Positions 39,001 through 49,600 of a stretch of DNA of 64,000 bases are shown in pieces. The notes beneath the pieces were generated by a model, which made no database searches, was not told the DNA's origin, and saw only the letters and a program-made list of their open reading frames with translations. This DNA is from Geosiphon pyriformis uo1 (Eukaryota > Fungi > Glomeromycota): the NCBI GenBank assembly GCA_016748015.1, contig JAAOMT010000617.1, positions 628,635-692,634 on the forward strand, read 5' to 3'. A program made the position numbers and the translations under genes. The stretch's first letter is position 1; each line of letters begins with the position of its first letter.

Positions 39001-42000
39001 AGGGAAAAAACAAGAAGAAAAGCCAGCACAATCTACTACCCCTACATATGTCCTATATTCTACACAACTTCAGGCCACCTACTGTTGACTTAAACTCAAA
39101 TGCGTCACTTGCGGCAAGAAATTGTCAACAATGGGCACATGTTGTGGCAATAACAAAAACTGGTAGACAGCAACACAATATTATTGTCACCCATGTGTCA
39201 TTGAATGTGATGGCTGACCACTAAAAATAAAAAAATGGGACAATACATCATGTCTAGCATGCAAAGAAATGCTTTTGGACGAAAGAATGTAAAATGACAT
39301 TCTAGAGCGAGAAGGAACATGCGATGAAACATGCCAGTACACAATCCTAATAAACAATTGGATACAAAAAGAGACCTCAATTGACAACACATGGAAATGA
39401 GCCTTAAGACATTTGGAAGGCTACTCACATGATGAACATAAGATCTGAAGAATGGCATATGCAATGGCAGAAGGAACTACAGCCAGCGAGTTGCGAGAAA
39501 TTAAAACCAATTTGTTATCTCTCCCAAAGCCAGAATATGTTGCAACGTTCGACGTTTTTGGCAACATTGAGGATGATCCCAAGAAATTTCACAAACACTA
39601 CTAACAACTAGCACTCACAAAAGAAGAACAAAAAGAGCAGTTAATACAGCTAAACACTCGATTATGTGATCACTGTTTGATCTCATGTGACTTTCAATAT
39701 TGTAATGAGTGTGATTTTATTTACAATCCACCAATCTGCATGATCTACATGATCCCAGAGGAAGAGGAACCAATTAGCAGCTGCGCATTGGAATCAGGAT
39801 TGTTGTTCGATCCCGATTCAAACTCCAACAATGATGACAACAAAAACACCAGTTCCAGCTCCATTTAATATGGCAACAACAACGATACTGATTCCAACTC
39901 AGATTCAAACTCCAATACAAAATACGAACAATATATTGCAATCTCTGACCTCACCAGGGAATTAGAACTAAAATGGTTTAGTAATAATGATAAGAGTATC
40001 ATACCTGAACGTGTGCATGATACTGATGCCAGGTTTGATCTAAGGTATCCAGGAAAAAAGGCCATCAAATTGGAACCACATTCACACACCTGCATTGATC
40101 TGAAAGTAGCACTAGAAATTCTGGCAACAACAATGGTTCAATTAGCATTTAGGAGTAGTTTAGCAAAAAGAGAGATTAATATAAGAGGAGGAATAATTGA
40201 CACAGGATATGTAGAAAATATCATCACTATGCTACAAAATGACTCAAAAAAGGCCTATATAATAGAGCCCAACAAAAAAGATAGCACAAGCAATATTCTT
40301 GTCTCTGGTTAGAATAGCTCAGTTAGTATCAGTGGGAAAAAGGGAGGAATTAGGAATAACAGCAAGAGGAATACAGGGATTTGGATCAACAGGTAGAATA
40401 GATGTGCCAGTCAATATAGCAGAAGAAAAAATTGTTGGCCAAGGAGAAATTATCTCAACCGGTCAAGCAATTTCTATTCCACCATATGACCAGTACATAA
40501 TAGGGATAAAATAAAAAGTAAAAGAACAGAATCAGATTTTTGAAGTAGAACCAACCCTTTGTGAATTAGGAGAGATTGGACTCATCAATCTCCACATACC
40601 AGCCAAAGATTACAGTCACATCAAAATTCCCATCTACAATAACACAGAAAATGTTATAGTAATACCAGTCAAAACCACCATTGGATACTTAAACACTGAA
40701 ATAGCAGATCAACTACCAAGCACCATTTCAGACTTTCCACAGCTTTGTAGATATATTGATATCACATCACAAACAATATATAGATGAAACAAATGTTATT
40801 TGCTCCAACCAGAACAATTGGAACAAATGAACATAGGAAACTTAGATCCACTCCAATGTATGCAGCTCAAGATGTTGCTCAACAATTTCAATGACATCTT
40901 TGCCAGTGAAAATGAATTTGGCCAAACTGACATCATCCAGCATCAGATCAAGACTGGAGATGCAATACCAATTAAACAAAGAGCATACAGAGTGCCACCA
41001 GCCAGCCATGAGATTATTCATCAAGAGATAAACCAAATGCTTGACAATGGGCTAATTCAGCCATCAATGAGCCCATGGTCATCACCAATGATACTCATCC
41101 ATAAGAAAAATAGAAAGATCCGATTTTGTGTGGACTACAGGAAACTCAATAGTGTAACTCATGGAGACAGCTATCTAACTCCATAGATACAGGAATTATT
41201 CAATGCTTTTGGTGAGAACAAATGATTTTCAACATTAGGCTTGAACAGTGGTTACTGGCAAGTAGCCATGGATTCAGCTGACAAAGAGAAGACAGCATTC
41301 ACCACAAGAGAAGAGAATTTCAAATTTGAAGTAATACCATTTGGCTTAACCAATACTCCAGCCATTTTCCAATGGCTAATGGAAATTGTTTATACTGGCT
41401 TACTGTAGAAATCAATAATTGTATACTTGGATAACACTAATGTATTCTCAAAAACATTTGATGATCATCTTCATTATCTTCAACAAGTGTTCGAAAGACT
41501 AAGAAAAGCAGGACTAAAGTTAAACGCAACAAAATGTTTTTTTGGCAAGACAGAACTAAAATTCTTGAGACATATAGTTAGCAAAGATGGCATCAAAATG
41601 AATCCAGAGAAAATAGAGATAGTAAAGAACTTTCCAGTACTGACCAATATGACAGAACTGAAATCATTCTTGAGATTTGCCAGCTACTATTGACGTTTTA
41701 TCAAGAACTTTTCCAAGATAGCGCAGCCACTCAACCAACTGCAAACCAAGAATACAAAATATAAATGGACAGAAAGTCAACAAGAAGCTTTTGATATTTT
41801 GAAAAGAAAGCTTATTTAAGCTCCAGTACTGATTTATCCAGATTACAGCAAATCATTTATTATCACCACTGATGCATCCAGCCAAGCATTGGGAGCAGTA
41901 CTATCTTAGAGAAGACCAGACAATAGAGAACATCCAGTAGCATATGCCAGCAGAGATTTAACACCAGCTGAAAAGAACTATGGAACACCAGAACAAGAAC

Positions 42001-42227
42001 ACTTAGCAATATACTGGGCAGTCATGAAATGGAAAGAATACTTAAGCCAGAAGTTTGAAATATACACAGATCACAAAGAACTAACATTACTTCAAAAACA
42101 AAAATTTGGAGATGAAAGACAGTCAAGATGGAAAATGGCACTTGCACTATATAATTATACTATACATTATAAAAAGAGAAAAGACAACAGAAATGCTGAC
42201 AGTTTGTCGTGAATAAAACAAATTTAA
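36033..42227 (+). pseudogene. B2 ORF1 Gag-PR-Cys-rich domain-dUTPase-RT-RNase H
   Basis: MAYASIAKLEKFTG gag, CHNCGKQGHIKANC, LILDSGSAGS, dUTPase 40010-40400, RT RFCVDYRKLN/YLDN, RH TDAS; ends SRIKQI*. Confidence 0.9.
40010..40400 (+). pseudogene. dUTPase domain of B2 pol
   Basis: HDTDARFDLRYP, RSSLAKR, GGIIDTGY, KIAQAIFL, RGIQGFGSTG. Confidence 0.9.
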
Positions 42228-44059
42228 GAATATTTCAACCCAAAAATATAACAAAACCAGAACAATACCAACGAAAAATATAACAAAAGATGAACATACA
42301 AAAATATCAACAACTGCAACATTATATAAACACTCAATAGTTCAAGGAGAATTTATCTCAAACAGAATGAAAGAGTATCAAACAACAATCAAAATATTTT
42401 ATCACTCACCAAAATATACTTTATCAGAAAAATAGAAGAGATCTAGAGCAACCAACCAGAGTAATTACAGAGCCAGAAAAAGAGACAATATTATTCAACA
42501 TGCACTCAAATCCAACAGCAGGACACTTTCACAAAGAAGCAACCATGGAAAGAATCAGAAAAAGATACTATTGGCCATCAATGTATTCAGACATCATCCA
42601 ATATGTTCAAAATTGTGATGCTTGTCAGTAAAAAGGAGATATGAAACCCAGTGAACCATTAAAACCAATCAAAGTGAGACAACCATTCAATTGTATTGGA
42701 ATTGATTTAGTTGGACCATTAACAATCACTGGTGAAAGAAACAGGTACATAGCAGTAGCCATGGACTATCTCACTAAATGGCCAGAGGCAAAAGCAATTC
42801 AAAGAACAGATGCAGAATCCATTGCCAAATTCATTTATCAAGATTTAATTTGTTGACATGGATGTCCAAAAGAATTATTATCAGACCAAGGAACTCATTT
42901 TGTGAACAGAACATTAACAGAATTAAGCCAAAGATTCAGAATTAAGAGACCACTATTATCACCATATTATCTACAAACCAACAGATTAGTTAAAAGATTC
43001 AACAGAACATTGTGTGAAGCAATAGCTAAACTCAGCCAAAAAAACCAAAATGATTGGAATTTGTTGATACCATCAGTACTATTTGCTTATCGGACAATGA
43101 AGCAAGATACTACACAAGCAACACCATTTAAATTAGTATATGATAGAACAGCAACACAACCAGTGGAAATAAAAGTCAGCACATACCCAACCAAACCAAT
43201 AACAGAAGAAAATTTCAAAAACACATTGTTGAAAAGAACATATGACCTAATGGAAACATTAGAAAACAAACAACAAAGAGCAGCTGATAACATACAAAAG
43301 TTACAAAAGAAACAAAAAGAAAGACATTGTTACTGGAGGTTTTTGGTCTCTTTTCTGTAATGTTGTTAATACCTGTTTGCTATGAATTCACGTTTTCTGG
43401 ATGTGATTGAACCTCCAGTAACTGAATTTTCTCTTCAAATTATCTTCTATAATTTGAACTGCTGGGTTTATAAGTGGAATGGCCAATTCCTTGCCAGTTA
43501 CTTTATGTAGTTACATTGTAGTAAATGTCAACTCTTTCCCAGGAATTGCTTGTCTAGAAGCTCACTAAAAATGTGTAGTTACTTTGCTGTGAAAGTCAAC
43601 TCTTCTACAGGAATCTTGTCTGTAGACTACCCTAATAATTGTAATAAGAAAAGAAAAGAAAAATAAAAGAAATGTAAAAGAAATAAGATTTTATCAAGGG
43701 AAACGTTTTCTATTCAGGCCTGGAGTCCCTAACAGTTTACTAAAATTGGTAGCTAATCAATTTCAAAATGTTAGTTGGGTTTTGGGGATTTTTCAAGTGC
43801 AATAATTAAAGAATTTGGTTTTTTGAATTATTTGATATTTATTTCTTTCTGTGTGTGTAAGAATGATTCTAAATAATAAATCTAAAGTAAGATACATTTT
43901 TTTGAAGAGAAAAGCTCTTCTTTTATACAACTTGTTGTAGTACTAGTCTATAAACTTGCACTTTTTCTTTTTGCTCAAATTTTAGTGAACTAAAGATACA
44001 TTTTGATGAACTACAAGTTATTTCACTGAACTATTGATTAATTTGGGTGAACTATTTAT

Positions 44060-44116
44060 AATTTCGGCGAATTTCTTATAAATTTCGGCGAATTTCTGTA
44101 AATTTCGGCGAATTTT
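44060..44116. repeat. ~20-bp LTR tandem repeat AATTTCGGCGAATTTCTGTA (x3 here, x2 at 53330-53366)
   Basis: Seen directly; degenerate copies lie adjacent. Confidence 0.85.
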
Positions 44117-44300
44117 TGAATATTACAAAGTTCAGGATATTGTGTAATTTGATCATCCTACTTTCTGTTATACTAATTAGATTATTTTAATTGAATCATG
44201 ATATGTGATAATTGATTAAATAATAAATAATAATTTGAAATAATATTAATATACTAATTAATTATAGGAATTATAAGGGTAATTTCATGCTAATTAATAG

Positions 44301-45008
44301 CTAAAATTCTACTGGTAACATAATCTCCTCCTCAAGACTGAGTTCCATCAAAGTCCAAGCACTATCCATAATATTGAGATAGTGATCCAAAATAATTGAA
44401 GTAATCTGATCTGAAAATTGTTGAAATTTCAGTTCTGTGAGTTTGCCAATGTATTGAACTTTCATTGGTTGTAGTATTGGATTTTGTAGAATATTTTCAC
44501 AAGTGTTAAACAAATCATAGAGTCTAAAAGCTGCTCTAAGTTTGTAGCAAATGTTTGTTGGTCCAGCTGCTGTTTTAAATTCATTGTGGATTTGTTTTTG
44601 TATAGCTTCAGGAGTGAGATTTGTTGCTTCAAGTTTCAATTTTCATTCATAAAGTGTCTTTCCAATGTGAAAGTATTTATAGATAGGGGTGTGTTCATTG
44701 TTCTGTTCATTGAGAAGTAGTAGAAGTTTTTGTTGTATTGTAGCATTTGGTGGAATGTCAATAGGGGCAATTAAAAGATTTTCTTCTAGTGCTTGCTTCA
44801 AAAGTCTTGATAACTTATTTTCAGAGTGACTTCTTGTTTTTCTTTTATAGGGATGATAGTTCTGTGAATGATTTGCTACTGGGGCTGTGGTTTTTTTCTG
44901 AATGTAATTAATTTGACTTCTATTAATTGTTATGAATAAGTCAGGAAGTGTTTTTAAGGCTAACATTAACTTTTGGGATATTTGTTGAATATTTCGGAGA
45001 ATAATCAT
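44301..45008 (-). pseudogene. Family C ORF3 (~235 aa, one internal stop), reads into the LTR
   Basis: ORFs 44643-45008 and 44301-44639 are in one frame; YKYFHIGK, AAFRLYDLF, IGKLTELKFQQF. Confidence 0.8.
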
Positions 45009-45154
45009 GATAAAATTGACTAATTATGAAAAAAGAAAATAAGAAAAATTATTTTTGGAATATGGGGTTTTTATTTGTTTTTGGGTTTGGGTGTTTTTTG
45101 TAATTTATTTACTATTTTTGTCTTTGTGTTTTTATTGGAGAATTATTGTAAAAT

Positions 45155-46540
45155 TTAAGTGTTCAAGTTTGGTTGTTGTTTTATTATAATTATTGGTTCT
45201 AAATTTCGAGGAATATCTTCAGGATTAATTAAAGGGGAATGTGTACCAATTTGTGGAATTAATGGTTCAGGATTGTTTCTGGAATAATAGTGTTTTAATC
45301 TGTCTTCATGTGCAACTTTTGCTAGTATTTTGTTATCAAGTCTTAACTTGTATGATCCATTGCCTAAAATTTCGTGAATATAAAATGGTTCATCCCATTT
45401 GTTTTCAAATTTCCCACTTCATTGTTTTTCAGTCTTAGTTCTGTGTAAGAGAACTTTATTTCTAACTTTAAATTCATTGGTAATAAGTGGTAATTTGTTG
45501 TTATGTCTTTCTTTTTGTTGAGCTTGGGAATGTTTAATATGAGTTGCTGCTATTCTTTTTTTTCCTTCCAGTGTACTAAGAAGAGTGTAGGCTCTTTTTT
45601 GGAGTGTTTCTTGAAAGTTTTCTTCATTGATTGGTTGCACTGGGTATGTTTCTACTGTAAAATTAATTGGTAATGTTGCTGTCCTTCCATAAGTAAGATC
45701 AAATGGTGTGTGTTTTATAGTATCTTGTTTTAGTGTTCTGTATGCTAGTAACACTGATGGAATAAAGATATCTCATTTCTGCTCAAAGTCTGTTGAGACT
45801 TTGGCTAGAGATTTACACAATGTTTTGTTGAAACGTTCTACAAGTCCATTTGTTTGAGGGTAATAAGATGATAATAGAGATCTTTTGACATTAAACCATT
45901 CACAAATTTCTTGTATCAAGTTGTTCACAAAATGTGTTCCTTAATCAGATAAAAGTTCAATTGGGCATTTATGTCTACAGATAATGTCTTCATAGATGAA
46001 ATTTGCTACTGATTTTGCATCTGCTCTTTGGATGGCTCTAGCTTCAAGCCATTTGGTAAAATAATCTACTGCAACTGCAATATAACAATTTTCTTGGGTT
46101 GTGATAGATAATGGTCTGACTAAATCAATTCCAACTCTATTAAAAGGTTGTCCAACTTTGATTGGATTTAAAGGTTCTGTGGGGCGAGTTCCTCTTCTTC
46201 TTTGACAACTATCACAAGATTCTACATATTGTCAAATGTCTTTTTGCATGTGAGGCCAAAAATAATGTTCAAAAGTTCTTTGAATTGTTTCATCTCTTCC
46301 CAAGTGTGCTGAAGAAAGATCTGTGTGCATGTTGTATAAAATTGTTTCTTTTTTATTTTCCTGTACTAATCTGAGTGGTTGGTCTGGATTTTTACAATTT
46401 TTGTAATATATTTTGTTATGGTGTATAAAATATTGTTTGGATTGATGTTGTAATCAATTTTTTTTACTTGGAGACCAATTTTCCGGTATAGTGAGAGTCT
46501 TCAAATAGTTTTTGATGTTGTTGTAGTTTTCTGGATCCAT
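45155..46540 (-). pseudogene. C1 integrase, stand-alone ORF
   Basis: ATG 46540 (MDPENY), CDSC, VGIDLV, DYFTKW, YPQTNGLVERFN, C-terminal RNLEPIIII. Confidence 0.88.
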
Positions 46541-46608
46541 TGTTGGTGATTTTGTTGTTTTGTTCTGCTGTTAAGTTTGTTGGTATTTTGTTGGTATTGA
46601 TGTTGGTA

Positions 46609-49600
46609 TTAATATTGTCTCATTCTTGAGAGGCTATTAACATTGGTGTGTAGTTTTCCTGGTTTGTAATGTACAATGTATCTGTAGTCTGCTAGGAAAT
46701 CATTCCATTGAGACTGTTTGGCACTTTGTTTAGTTTTCTTTTTATTAAGCCATTTGAGGCCAATATTGTCAGTTATTATGTCAAATTCTTTTCTATTCTT
46801 CAGGTATTGTTGAAAGTGTTTGAGAGTCCAGATGACTGCAGTGGCTTTCAGTTCAGTTGAGCCATATTTGAGTTCTGTTGACTTGAGTGTTTTGCTGGCA
46901 TAGGCAATAACTTGTTCCTGGCCATTTTCATCCAATTGTGATAAAATGGCACCAAATGCTATGTGTGAAGCATCAGTGGCTAATTGAAATTGTTTGTTAA
47001 AGTCTGGGTAAGCAAGAACTGGAGCTATTGTTAATTTTCTTTTGAGAGTTTCAAAAGCTTTTTGTTGTTTTTCAGTTCATTTGTATGGTACGTTTTTGTT
47101 GGTAAGATAATTGAGTGGTTTAGCAATTTCTGAGAATTCTTTTATGAATTTTCGATAGTAAGAGGCTAATCCTACAAATCCTTTTAGTTCTGTAGTATTT
47201 TTGGGAGTTTGAAAGTTTTTGACAGCACTGATTGTTTCTGGATTTGGTTTGACTCCATCTTTACTAACTATGTGTCCAAGAAAGATCAAGCTTGTTTTTC
47301 CAAAGTGACATTTCTCAATGTTTAACTTTAATCCTGCTTTCCATAATCGTTGAAAAACTTCTTGCAGGTGAATAAAATGAGTCTCAAAGCTTGGCAAGTA
47401 TACATTAGTGTTATCAAAATAGACAACTACTGATTGCCACAAAAGTCCTTCATATACAACATTCATGAGTCACTGGAATGTTGCTAATACATTGCAGAGT
47501 CCAAAAGGCATAACATTAAACTCATAGTTTCCTCTCTGGGTAGTAAATGCTGTTTTGGGTCGGTTTTTTGGGTCCATTTAGACTTGCCAGTATTCACTTT
47601 TCAAGTTTAAAGTTGAGAAGAACTTGGCTTTTCCTAGAGCATCTAGCATGTCATCAATTCTTGGAAGAGGGTAGGCATTTCCAATTATAACACTATTCAG
47701 TTGTTTATAATCAACACAGAATCTGATTTTCCCATTTTTCTTTTTAACTAAAACTACTGATGAGGCCCAAGAACTTCTTGATGGTTGAATCAATCCGTTA
47801 TTGAGCATTTTTTGGACCTCTTCTCTGATGAATTGGTGGCTGGCAGGTGGCACTCGATAAGCTTGTTGATGTTTTGGTGAAGCATCTCCTATATGGATCT
47901 GATGTTGAACAATATCCATTTTTCCCAAGTCATTGTTGTCTTTTGCAAATATATCTGCAAATTCAGCTATCAATTGTTTCAATTGTCTTTGTTGTTGAGG
48001 TTTTAAGAGACCCATGTTGATTTGAGAGAGTTTTTTTTCTAAAAAGTGGTAGTTTTCAGTAGTAGAAATGATATTTGGATTTGGAAGTAGAGTATATCTT
48101 ACAATTTCGATGAAATTAGAGACAATTTGAGAGTTTTCATCTTGAAAAATATTGCTGTGTATGATTCCAATCTCTAGTTTGTTTAATAAGACAATAGGGT
48201 AATTATTGGGATTGTAGAATGTAACTCAAATTTTTTTCATTCCTTTGAGAATATAAACGTTTGGAATTGAGATTTTATGCTTCAAACAGATTTGTTTATT
48301 GGATTCAAAGATTTATTGTGTAGTGGTGGGTTTTGAGCAAGTGTAAATTTCGTGATATTCTCCAAAAAGTGAAATGGTAATTGGCTGGGGAAGTTGAAGA
48401 ATCTGGTGAGATTCATTTTGTGTATTAAGAGCTATGTTTACTGAAACTGTAAATTGTCCAGTTGAACCAAAACCTTGAATTCTTCTTTCACTTTTTTCCA
48501 ATTGTTCTCTGTTGTTTACTGATTGTAAACCCGAAATGTTGATTAAGGATAAGTAGATTGCTTGAGCAATTTTTTTAGCATGTTTAATTTTGAATGGTTT
48601 GTCTGTCTCATTCTGCAACATGATGATAATATCTCCAGTGTATCCTGCATCTATAACTTCTCCTCTAATATTGATTTTTTTGCTTACCAATGATGATTTG
48701 GAGGCAATTTGAACCATTACTCCTGGTGGAATTTCAAGAGCAATTTTGAGATTGATTTTTGTCAAAGACTTTGGTTGGAGAACCAAAGTATCTTTTCCTG
48801 GGTATCTTAAGTCATATTCAGCATCAATTTCGTGTGCTTTTTTTGGTCTGATTCTTTGGCCATGGTTGTCAAAATATTTAAGTTGTAGAGGTGGTTGCTT
48901 TTTAAGAAGATAGATGGGGGTGGTTGGTAGTTCTTCTCTTAGTTTAGCTACTCCAAATTCGATTTCATTTTCATCATTCTTATCTGGTAGAGGAATGCTA
49001 AGAGCATAACATTCTAAACACCATTGGTCATCACAAGACATAATACATTCTTCACATAATTAAATGTTTATTTGTTCTAATCGTTGAATTTGAGCTTCTT
49101 TGGTCAGATATGTGTGGCTTGCAATTTGGTGGTAGGTTTTTACTTCATCTTCATAATCAAATCCAGCTAATTCCATGGTATACTCAATATATTCAGCTTC
49201 TTTCATTTGGCGGACATCTTCTTGGGTGGCTCTATTGATCAATGCCATTGCTAGATCAAAAATCATTTTAGCATCATGAGAGTAGTGGTAAAGTTTATTG
49301 AAAGCACTGTTGTATGCTGCATCAAATGGTGTTCCTCTTCTGACTTTTTCTGAAATTGATAGAGCATATTGACAGGTTTGATCACATACTCCTCCTCTCA
49401 TTGCTANNNNNNNNNNNNNNNNNNNNATATGTGTGGCTTGCAATTTGGTGGTAGGTTTTTACTTCATCTTCATAATCAAATCCAGCTAATTCCATGGTAT
49501 ACTCAATATATTCAGCTTCTTTCATTTGGCGGACATCTTCTTGGGTGGCTCTATTGATCAATGCCATTGCTAGATCAAAAATCATTTTAGCATCATGAGA

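Noticed and set aside
44301-45008. ORF3 as a true envelope glycoprotein
   Set aside because: Too short, with no signal peptide, transmembrane anchor or fusion-peptide pattern
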